Shown piece by piece: positions 15,150 to 21,557 of a DNA stretch of 24,000 nt. The DNA lies in NCBI GenBank assembly GCA_964354405.1, contig CAYGZP010000003.1:8666-32665 (forward strand), in the 5' to 3' direction. The notes below the pieces were generated by a model that saw only the letters and a list, made by a program, of their open reading frames with translations, had not been told where the DNA came from and made no database searches. The stretch comes from Candidatus Woesearchaeota archaeon (lineage in GTDB: Archaea > Nanobdellota > Nanobdellia > Pacearchaeales > UBA284). Positions within the stretch are counted from its first letter, which is position 1, and each line of letters starts with the position of its first letter. Both the position numbers and the translations under genes were made by a program.

Positions 15150-15328
15150 TTGTAGTAGTCTGTTAGCTGTTGAAGTCCGAGCGTGGCCAATTCCAGTTCT
15201 TCGTAAATTTCTCTGACTGACTCTGGGAAGGGTTTGCCTCGCTGGTGCATGGTGGTTGGACTGCCTGCTGAGTATGGACTGACTCTGAGGTAGTATTTAC
15301 CTTCTTGGATTTCGAGGAAGACGTGCAT
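15104..15328 (-). CDS. hypothetical protein (74 aa); overlaps both neighbours
   Basis: ORF-track entry with globular-looking sequence (VREIYEELELATLGLQQLTDYY). It overlaps the 3' 166 nt of the HTH ORF and the 5' 46 nt of the nuclease ORF. No SD is visible, so its coding status is uncertain. Confidence 0.35.
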   Translation of the reverse strand: MHVFLEIQEGKYYLRVSPYSAGSPTTMHQRGKPFPESVREIYEELELATLGLQQLTDYYKCSVEKKVSKKRVAS

Positions 15329-15576
15329 AATGCGATTACTTTTTCAACCTGTTCTTTTTTAAGAATGCTCTTGGAGTTTACTTCGATCTGATTGATCAAT
15401 GATCCAGTCACGCCGATCTTGTCTCCAAGTTCTCTGACAGTCAACTTCAGTGTTCTGCGTGTCTCACGAAGTTGGTTAGCAAAAGTCTTTCGTCCAAGAG
15501 AACGAACTGTGCGTGATTGCTCGTAGGCACTCATGCAAGTTTCATAGGCATCTTCTAATGGATGTTTCATTTCCAT
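15163..15576 (-). CDS. XRE-family helix-turn-helix transcriptional regulator (137 aa as drawn)
   Basis: LKLTVRELGDKIGVTGSLINQIEVNSKS matches the HTH_3 pattern (helix, turn, then the S...I..IE recognition helix). It is divergent from the rightward early arm. The last ~55 residues are low-complexity (SSSKSKK..QSQSEK) and overlap another ORF, so the true C-terminus is uncertain. The real start may be the second Met, at 15570. Confidence 0.7.
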   Translation of the reverse strand: MEMKHPLEDAYETCMSAYEQSRTVRSLGRKTFANQLRETRRTLKLTVRELGDKIGVTGSLINQIEVNSKSILKKEQVEKVIALCTSSSKSKKVNTTSESVHTQQAVQPPCTSEANPSQSQSEKFTKNWNWPRSDFNS

Positions 15577-15578
15577 AA

Positions 15579-15607
15579 AAAATAAACCAAGAGTATTGAC
15601 AAGTCAA
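15579..15607 (-). promoter_or_regulatory. leftward sigma70-like promoter (TTGACT-17-TATTTT)
   Basis: On the minus strand the -35 TTGACT is at 15607-15602, the spacer is 17 nt, and the -10 TATTTT is at 15584-15579. The predicted TSS near 15572 is 1-2 nt before the second Met codon (15570) of the HTH gene, implying a near-leaderless mRNA. Confidence 0.5.
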
Positions 15608-15624
15608 CACTTTTTTGATACTAT
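15596..15624 (+). promoter_or_regulatory. rightward sigma70-like promoter (TTGACA-17-TACTAT)
   Basis: The -35 TTGACA is at 15596-15601, the spacer is exactly 17 nt, and the -10 TACTAT is at 15619-15624. The predicted TSS near 15631 is 2 nt before the ATG at 15633. Confidence 0.55.
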
Positions 15625-15632
15625 GATTGCTT

Positions 15633-16001
15633 ATGGATAACACTAACAACATCAAAGATAAAGCAGAAAAAATACTCGCTGAAACAAGGAAAACTGTCAT
15701 GGTTACGAATATGGCTTTAGCCACCGCTATGAATACTTCTTTCATGGCTACCTACGAAAACGATGACGGCATTCTTGTCATGGCACTCAAGCCTAACAAC
15801 ACTGCTATTCTCGCAGCTACGGGAAACAACAGTAACTCTATAATCAAATCAGACATCATCATTACAAAGGATGGTATCGGTGAACGCCGCTCCACCTTTC
15901 AATGCGAGACAGAAGAAGATGCCAGTCAAATCTGGGACTTACTCAATGATAGAATGTTTGAGTGGTCGAAGGGTGAAGTTGAACAAGTAGAAATCGGCTA
16001 A
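15633..16001 (+). CDS. hypothetical early protein (122 aa), first rightward gene
   Basis: ORF-track entry trimmed to the first ATG (MDNTNNIKDKAEK...). Its stop TAA directly abuts palindromic box copy 6. Confidence 0.6.
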   Translation: MDNTNNIKDKAEKILAETRKTVMVTNMALATAMNTSFMATYENDDGILVMALKPNNTAILAATGNNSNSIIKSDIIITKDGIGERRSTFQCETEEDASQIWDLLNDRMFEWSKGEVEQVEIG

Positions 16002-16017
16002 TTATCGGAACCGATAA
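16002..16017. repeat. palindromic box TTATCGGAACCGATAA (copy 6)
   Basis: Perfect half-sites. The box begins on the nucleotide after the TAA stop at 15999-16001. Confidence 0.9.
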
Positions 16018-16094
16018 TCTGGACTATAATGTAGGACACTTTTTCAAATGTGATTGCATTTGTTCCATTTTTTCTATGAATGGAAAAAAGATGC

Positions 16095-16123
16095 TTGACA
16101 TAGAATACAACCTATAGTAGTTT
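16095..16123 (+). promoter_or_regulatory. candidate sigma70-like promoter (TTGACA-17-TAGTTT)
   Basis: The -35 TTGACA is at 16095-16100, the spacer is 17 nt, and the -10 TAGTTT is at 16118-16123 with the conserved T, A and final T present. A leader of about 150 nt with hairpins follows before the ATG at 16277. Confidence 0.4.
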
Positions 16124-16276
16124 TCAGTCGTGCGAGAAATTGCACCTTCGGGGTAGGAGCCGAAGTTGAAGAAGTTTAAATTAACAAATAAAATATGACC
16201 TTCCGTGGTGGGAGCCAAACTCCTATGCGTCTGTTGCCGCACTTCTTCGCCCATCACGGGGGTCGCCTTTCATAAA

Positions 16277-16549
16277 ATGATTATTAAACGTAATACATTC
16301 ACATTGGTAGAAACACGTCACTTAGATAACATCAAATTATCTGTATCCGGAATTGGTTTATTAACTCACATCACAAGATGGACAGAAGATAACCTTAATA
16401 TAGAGCAGATATTAGATCGCATATACGACATGAGTCACCATGATCCAAGTGCAGCAATCGGATACTTGGAACTTTTGAAAGAAGAAATCATTGAGAATTT
16501 TTTTTCTGAACAAGAATTACAATCAATTCAAGCCTTAGCTGAAGTATGA
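16277..16549 (+). CDS. hypothetical protein (90 aa from the ATG at 16277)
   Basis: ORF-track frame starting at 16205 (a GTG). I chose the internal ATG (MIIKRNTFTLVETRH...). Its stop overlaps the next start (ATGA at 16546). Confidence 0.5.
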   Translation: MIIKRNTFTLVETRHLDNIKLSVSGIGLLTHITRWTEDNLNIEQILDRIYDMSHHDPSAAIGYLELLKEEIIENFFSEQELQSIQALAEV

Positions 16550-17520
16550 AACCGAAAAAACTTGGAAGACTTATTTTAAAGGAAGAGTTGTTCGCTATCA
16601 CTGGATGCTTGGAGGAAGCGATAATCCTAAACCAAATGTGTTATTGGTCGGAAAGAATGAATGAAACAGATAAGTTTTTGGAGGAAGAATACACAATGCT
16701 GGTCGAACACGTCCCTGTATTATCCCACGGATGGATATACAAGTCCGCATCTGAACTGGCTGGTGAAATGTTTGGAGCCGTGAGTGAGAAAACAATGAAT
16801 CGAATATTGGATCGGTTGGTAAAAAAGAATTTTCTTCGTCGCAGATTCAATCCTAATCCGAAGTATAAGTTTGATAAAACATATCACTATCGCGTGAACT
16901 TTGTTGAAATCATGTGCCATTTAAAAAATAAAAAGATGCCATTGAGTGGTTATCATATTATTGAGGAGTTTGTAAACAGACTTGAACAAGGTGTCGCTCC
17001 GAAGCGTCATTTTGACGGATCGGAGAATCATTCTGACGGAGCAATACCAGAGACTATAACAAAAACTACTGACAAAGAAAAACCCCTAACCCCTTTGCAA
17101 GGGGAAGAGGAAAGTTCGGCAATGGCCTCACATTCCTCGGAAGTAGTAACTCAACCAAATCTATTCTCGACTAACCCAAGTGAAGCTAACGCTTCGGGTT
17201 CGGCTATCGCCAAACTGAACTCTGCCGATGGCAATGGAACTACCCCCCCAATTCCGCTCGCCCCCCCACGAACTATCCCGACCGAATTGGATACTCCAGA
17301 ATTCAACGCTGCTTGGAATGAATTCCTTCAACACCGAAAGGAAAAGAAATCTCCAATGACACCAACCGCAAAAAATAATATGTTCCGCAAGTTCACAACT
17401 TGGGGAGTAGAGAACGCAGTCGTTGCAATCGACGCTGCAATCTCAAACGGGTGGACTGGAGTTTTCGAACCAAAACAAAACAAGTCCAATTCAAAACCAG
17501 AACGACTTTGCAGCATTTGA
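16546..17520 (+). CDS. putative replication initiator / replisome-organiser-like protein (324 aa)
   Basis: The N-terminal region (EEAIILNQMCYWSE...GWIYKSASELAGEMFGAVSEKTMNRILDRLVKKNFL) looks like a winged-helix DNA-binding domain. The C-terminal TPEFNAAWNEFLQHRKEKKSPMTPTAKNNMFRKFTTWGVENAVVAIDAAISNGWTGVF resembles the conserved C-terminal module of phage replication proteins (from memory). It lies upstream of the helicase. Confidence 0.55.
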   Translation: MKPKKLGRLILKEELFAITGCLEEAIILNQMCYWSERMNETDKFLEEEYTMLVEHVPVLSHGWIYKSASELAGEMFGAVSEKTMNRILDRLVKKNFLRRRFNPNPKYKFDKTYHYRVNFVEIMCHLKNKKMPLSGYHIIEEFVNRLEQGVAPKRHFDGSENHSDGAIPETITKTTDKEKPLTPLQGEEESSAMASHSSEVVTQPNLFSTNPSEANASGSAIAKLNSADGNGTTPPIPLAPPRTIPTELDTPEFNAAWNEFLQHRKEKKSPMTPTAKNNMFRKFTTWGVENAVVAIDAAISNGWTGVFEPKQNKSNSKPERLCSI

Positions 17521-17536
17521 TTATCGTTACCGATAA
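17521..17536. repeat. palindromic box TTATCGTTACCGATAA (copy 7)
   Basis: Perfect half-sites. The box begins on the nucleotide after the TGA stop at 17518-17520 and lies 25 nt upstream of the methyltransferase ATG. Confidence 0.9.
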
Positions 17537-17561
17537 AACCAAAACCTAAATAGAAAGAAAA

Positions 17562-18314
17562 ATGAATGAGCTACACTTATTTGCTGGAGCAGGGGGAGGA
17601 ATCCTCGGCGGGATGCTTCTCGGACATACCACAGTCTGTGCTGTCGAACTTGAACCTTACTGCCGAAAAGTCCTACTCCAAAGACAACGAGACGGAATCC
17701 TGCCTAAGTTCCCAATCTGGGATGATGTCACAACTTTCGACGGAACTCCGTGGAGAGGAAAAGTCGATGTCGTTTGCGGAGGATTCCCTTGCCCGGATTT
17801 CTCCAATGGAAATCAAAAGGAAAGTAGATTCACAGGACTACAAGGAAACAGGGGAGGACTATGGTTTGAAATGTTTAGGATTATATGCGAAATACGACCC
17901 AAGCTCGTCTTCGTGGAAAATGTGCCAAACCTCATTAAATTTGGGATTGGAACAGTCCTCGGAAATTTGGTCGAAAGCGGGTATAATTCAAGATGGTGTT
18001 TGTTGGGAAGCAAGGATTGCGAAGGAGTTCATAAAAGAGATAGAGCATGGATTCTCGCTACTCACCCCAACATCGACAGACTACAAGAGAAACAACCTAT
18101 CGACTCCAATGTGGGAAAGAAGAATGAAACAAAGGAAGTCTCCGGGGACACTACCAGAGCAATTGGCTTGGATGGGATTCAAGGGTATGTTAGCCCCCAC
18201 ATTGCCGGAAAAAATGATGAGATGGCCAATTGGCTGGACAGGTTTAAAGCAGTTGGAAATGGGCAGGATGCAAGCGTGGCTGCAACAGCATGGAGAATAC
18301 TTGGAGGAGAATAA
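17562..18314 (+). CDS. DNA (cytosine-5) methyltransferase, compact (250 aa)
   Basis: Motif I LFAGAGGG. Motif IV GGFPCPDFS with the catalytic Cys. Motif VI ENVPNL. Motif VIII-like GVHKRDRAWILA. Motif X-like RFKAVGNGQ. All are in the canonical order. Confidence 0.85.
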   Translation: MNELHLFAGAGGGILGGMLLGHTTVCAVELEPYCRKVLLQRQRDGILPKFPIWDDVTTFDGTPWRGKVDVVCGGFPCPDFSNGNQKESRFTGLQGNRGGLWFEMFRIICEIRPKLVFVENVPNLIKFGIGTVLGNLVESGYNSRWCLLGSKDCEGVHKRDRAWILATHPNIDRLQEKQPIDSNVGKKNETKEVSGDTTRAIGLDGIQGYVSPHIAGKNDEMANWLDRFKAVGNGQDASVAATAWRILGGE

Positions 18315-18318
18315 ATGA
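17566..18318 (+). other. second complete 250-codon ORF in the +1 frame of the methyltransferase gene (candidate overlapping gene)
   Basis: The ORF track shows an uninterrupted 250-aa translation, MSYTYLLEQGEESSAGCFSDIP...MMRWPIGWTGLKQLEMGRMQAWLQQHGEYLEENK. Its ATG is 4 nt after the MTase ATG, and its TGA is 4 nt after the MTase TAA and overlaps the helicase ATG. Coding status is unproven. Confidence 0.35.
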
Positions 18319-19547
18319 AAAAAGTCCCAATAGCACGAAAGAGTGAAGCCGCAGCATTGTCGCTGATAGCAATCGACAGAAACATACTTTCCCAACAAAC
18401 ATGGGATAGTGGTTATTTCGCCATAAACGCCAACAGGCTCGTTTTTGAAGCTCTCCAAGGGGTTCACCAGCGGACAGGCGTTTGTTGCCCGTTCTCTGCC
18501 ATCGCAGAGTTGGAAGCTACAGGAAAGTTGGATGCGGCGGGTGGTGAAGAATCTGTCCACGACACATTACGCACGATGAACGTAGCTTCGGGTAAGGTTT
18601 GCCAAGACATGGCTGACGATTATCGGAAGCACCTGCACCGCACAAAATCATACCGCGATGTCATTACACTTTTCGAGAAGGAAGAACCAAACCTACGGAC
18701 AGGTAAGACAAATCTGAAGGAATTATCGGAAACGATAATGAACTCTGCCGAAGATCGGACGACAAAAGTAAAACCAGTCAAAGACCTCATCATCGAAATC
18801 ATTGATGAGATGGAAGGTAAAGCTGTAAAGGAATTCTTTCCTACTGGATTACTCAAAGTAGATCGTGCGCTCAAGGGTGGAATGCACAAAGGAGAGATGA
18901 TGACAGTAGCTTCAGAGACTGGTGGTGGTAAATCCATCTACCTCGTCCAAGCGGCACTCGCTAACCTGCAAGATGGAAAGTCAGTTCTCTTCTTCAGCCT
19001 CGAAATGAAAGCGAAGGACATCCTAACTCGTATGGCTTGTAACTTGGCAGGCTACCCCGTGCGTGAACCAGAGGATTACAAGAACGCAAACCAACACGAA
19101 CTCCTAAAAATCAACTCTGCATTGTTGCAATTACACAAGTTACCCATCGAAATCGTGGATGGAGTAGCCGAAATTGACGAGATTGAGGCCCAAATCAACC
19201 GATATGTAGGAGAAAATCGGGCAGATGTAATCGTCGTAGATTACCTACAAATCATCTCATCTGACGGGGAAGAAGGCAGAGAAAGTCAGATTTCGGAGAT
19301 TGCAAGGAGGCTAAAACTCGCAGCACTGAAGAATAACTCGATTATGCTGACTGCTTCACAACTAAACGACGAGGGAAGACTACGCGAATCACGGGCAATT
19401 GGAATGCACTCTGACCAAGTAGTGTATATCGAACACATCAAGGAGAAGAGTAGGCTGACAATCAAGAAGAACCGCCGTGGTGCGAGGAACTACATGACAG
19501 AAATCGTCATGCGTGGTGACATCTCAAAACTTGAGGAGGTTTACTAA
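18315..19547 (+). CDS. dnaB: DnaB-family replicative DNA helicase (410 aa)
   Basis: The N-terminal SEAAALSLIAIDRNIL matches the DnaB N-domain opening. Walker A ASETGGGKS. FFSLEM. Walker B DVIVVDYLQI. LTASQLNDEGR matches the SQLnR motif. Confidence 0.9.
   Translation: MKKVPIARKSEAAALSLIAIDRNILSQQTWDSGYFAINANRLVFEALQGVHQRTGVCCPFSAIAELEATGKLDAAGGEESVHDTLRTMNVASGKVCQDMADDYRKHLHRTKSYRDVITLFEKEEPNLRTGKTNLKELSETIMNSAEDRTTKVKPVKDLIIEIIDEMEGKAVKEFFPTGLLKVDRALKGGMHKGEMMTVASETGGGKSIYLVQAALANLQDGKSVLFFSLEMKAKDILTRMACNLAGYPVREPEDYKNANQHELLKINSALLQLHKLPIEIVDGVAEIDEIEAQINRYVGENRADVIVVDYLQIISSDGEEGRESQISEIARRLKLAALKNNSIMLTASQLNDEGRLRESRAIGMHSDQVVYIEHIKEKSRLTIKKNRRGARNYMTEIVMRGDISKLEEVY
18723..18738. repeat. 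palindromic box TTATCGGAAACGATAA (copy 8, inside dnaB)
   Basis: Perfect half-sites. It encodes LSETI(M). The 16-mer is identical to copy 5 in terL but is read in a different frame. Confidence 0.9.
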
Positions 19548-19741
19548 TGAATATTGACCAAGCCTATGGAAAATCCATGATGTTTTTCAAGTATGCACTA
19601 GACATCTGGGAGTCTGAAGACAAAGAAAGATATTGCATTGCAGAAAATTACTGGAGTGAGGGAATGAAAATCTACGATGAGTATTTTTCTAATAAAAAAA
19701 TATTGACGCAGATACAAGATGTAGATACGATGCTTCCATGA
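19547..19741 (+). CDS. hypothetical protein (64 aa)
   Basis: ORF-track entry. Its start overlaps the dnaB stop (TAATG) and an SD-like GAGGAGG lies upstream. Confidence 0.55.
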   Translation: MNIDQAYGKSMMFFKYALDIWESEDKERYCIAENYWSEGMKIYDEYFSNKKILTQIQDVDTMLP

Positions 19742-20001
19742 ATAACACAGAAACAATAATCAAATACCTCAAGCTCTACAACGAGTGGAGGCGCGGCGAT
19801 GAAAAGATGGGACAACCCAATCCTACTGAGATTGGAAAGTTGATTGATGAAGCGTGTGAAATGCTTATTTCATTAGAACGCGAGCGCGACGAGGCGCGGG
19901 AGGCATTGATGGCATTTAACCATGATAAAAAACACCTTTGCGATTCACACAAAGACATGATCGGAAATTGCATGGTTTGCAGCATGAATGAAACAAAATG
20001 A
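19738..20001 (+). CDS. small ERERDEA-motif protein, array member 1 (87 aa)
   Basis: Contains LISLERERDEAREALMAF. The N-terminal YNEWRRGDEKMGQPNPTEIGKLIDEA resembles a small phage protein family I recall. It has ATGA overlaps at both ends. Confidence 0.65.
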   Translation: MNNTETIIKYLKLYNEWRRGDEKMGQPNPTEIGKLIDEACEMLISLERERDEAREALMAFNHDKKHLCDSHKDMIGNCMVCSMNETK

Positions 20002-20189
20002 ACAAATATTTAACATACTTGCCAACTGAATGTCTTATGGCATTCTGTATTATATTATTATTTACTTGGGCTTTCGCAGTTTCGTTTCAACGCGATAACC
20101 TAAAAAAGCAAGCAGTCGAAAGAGGTTTTGCTGAATGGGTTTGCGACTCCTCTGGGAATACAACTTGGAGGTGGAAAGAAACAAAATGA
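19998..20189 (+). CDS. small membrane protein (63 aa) embedded in the array
   Basis: One clear hydrophobic helix (CLMAFCIILLFTWAFAVSF). It ends in KETK like its neighbours and has ATGA overlaps at both ends. Confidence 0.55.
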   Translation: MNKYLTYLPTECLMAFCIILLFTWAFAVSFQRDNLKKQAVERGFAEWVCDSSGNTTWRWKETK

Positions 20190-20455
20190 ATAATACATCA
20201 GCATCAAAAACAGATAGATTAATGTGCAATGTTTCTGCCGACTTTGCACGCAAGCTGAAATTCGAACGAGACGAAGCGATGGAGGCGCTGGATAAAATGT
20301 CGGCCTACATACAAAAAATTACTGGCAGTTGCCCATATGAGTGCTTTGACGCTGAACCTCATTCACATCCATGTAGTGAGGTTTGCGACAATTTTACAGA
20401 TAAAATAAACGAATGCTGGAAAAAACATTTTTTAAAAAATGCAATCGAGCTTTGA
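20186..20455 (+). CDS. small ERDEA-motif protein, array member 2 (89 aa from the ATG at 20186)
   Basis: ADFARKLKFERDEAMEALDKM followed by a Cys/His-rich tail (CPYECFDAEPHSHPCSEVC). The start was chosen at the ATGA junction with the upstream gene. Confidence 0.6.
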   Translation: MNNTSASKTDRLMCNVSADFARKLKFERDEAMEALDKMSAYIQKITGSCPYECFDAEPHSHPCSEVCDNFTDKINECWKKHFLKNAIEL

Positions 20456-20639
20456 ACGCAGTCGGGACGAGGTTGAAAAGTTGATACGCGAACGTGACGA
20501 GGCGCAGGGATTGTTACGCATTTTGGCGGGTCTTGTTGCCTACGGCCTTGGTCAGTCAGGTGAGGAGTGGTCGCTGGAGGCCATGCGCCAAGCGACGACC
20601 GCAATTCAAAATGCAAAATCTTTGGAGGAGACAAAATGA
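20439..20639 (+). CDS. small ERDEA-motif protein, array member 3 (66 aa)
   Basis: ERSRDEVEKLIRERDEAQGLLRIL. It ends in LEETK, and the next start follows at an ATGA overlap. Confidence 0.55.
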   Translation: MQSSFERSRDEVEKLIRERDEAQGLLRILAGLVAYGLGQSGEEWSLEAMRQATTAIQNAKSLEETK

Positions 20640-20983
20640 TTGAATTACCTACACCGGAGACGGATGCGAGTTGTGGATATGCTCTGTCCAGTCACTACGG
20701 GCGGCTTGAGGGGAGCTATCTGCAAATGGATCGGAGTGGTCCGTTTGTTCATGCAGAGGTAGCCCGCAAACTGGAGCGCGAGCGTGACGAGGCGAGGGAG
20801 GCTTTGAAGCGGATAGACGAAGCGATATTGGTAATGAAGCCAAGACATATCGGACAACCCGATATGGATGGGAGGTATCCATGTTGGTCGGTGTGGCTAC
20901 CAAAAAGCGGTAGGGTCGAAAGGAAGAGCCTGCAAGATGCCCTTTTAGAGTTTGCCGCACAAATTAAGGAGGCCGTAAAATGA
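20636..20983 (+). CDS. small TPETDA/ERERDEA-motif protein, array member 4 (115 aa from the ATG at 20636)
   Basis: MIELPTPETDA...VHAEVARKLERERDEAREALKRIDEA. The start was chosen at the ATGA junction, preceded by GGAGGAG. Confidence 0.65.
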   Translation: MIELPTPETDASCGYALSSHYGRLEGSYLQMDRSGPFVHAEVARKLERERDEAREALKRIDEAILVMKPRHIGQPDMDGRYPCWSVWLPKSGRVERKSLQDALLEFAAQIKEAVK

Positions 20984-21339
20984 GCAGCACCATACCAAAG
21001 GCGGATGCGGTTGAAGCTAAACGCCGAGCTGAATGGCTACACAAACACAAAGCGCACAAAGACTGGATTATTTTATCTGTGTCAGAGGTTGCTGTTATTC
21101 GTGACGAGCTGTTGATTCTCGAACGCGAGCGCGACGAGGCGCGGGAGCAAGCCCAAAGGTTGCGAGTCCAATTAAACCATTACACGCAAGCAAATGAAAT
21201 GGCAGAACAAGCCTTCCGTGAACGAGACGAATCGCACAAAATTGCGAAGCGAGCGATTGATGATTTAGCATGGTTCAACCAAACAAATGCACAGAGACTC
21301 CGCAATGAACTTGACCAACTGAAGGAGGCCACGAAATGA
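20980..21339 (+). CDS. small ERERDEA-motif coiled-coil protein, array member 5 (119 aa)
   Basis: LLILERERDEAREQAQRLRVQL plus a second degenerate copy, FRERDESHKIAKRAI. It has ATGA junctions at both ends. Confidence 0.65.
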   Translation: MSSTIPKADAVEAKRRAEWLHKHKAHKDWIILSVSEVAVIRDELLILERERDEAREQAQRLRVQLNHYTQANEMAEQAFRERDESHKIAKRAIDDLAWFNQTNAQRLRNELDQLKEATK

Positions 21340-21557
21340 GCGAGCGACCAACACCAGAGACGGATGCGGCGAGGCACGACTTGAGCGATTACGGCTCACC
21401 CGTGCCTTGCTCTTGGGGAGATTGGATTCATGCCGATGTAGCCAGCAAACTGGAACGCGAGCGTAACGATTACAAGTGGCAGTTGCATATAGCTAAAGGA
21501 GAAATCGCAGAAGCAAGAAAAATGGAAAGAGCATGGAAAAAGGAGGAAACAAAATGA
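21336..21557 (+). CDS. small TPETDA/ERERN-motif protein, array member 6 (73 aa)
   Basis: MSERPTPETDA...HADVASKLERERNDYKWQL. Its 5' 32 nt are 31/32 identical to the next gene. Confidence 0.65.
   Translation: MSERPTPETDAARHDLSDYGSPVPCSWGDWIHADVASKLERERNDYKWQLHIAKGEIAEARKMERAWKKEETK

Noticed and set aside
17813-18560. Antisense ORFs across the methyltransferase/helicase junction (17813..18013, 18179..18385, 18081..18560; up to 159 aa).
   Set aside because: They oppose a tightly coupled plus-strand operon, have Cys/Phe/Leu-rich compositions and have no promoter or RBS. They are treated as shadows. They may partly reflect the same stop-poor composition that keeps the +1 frame open, which is why a shuffling control is needed for that finding.
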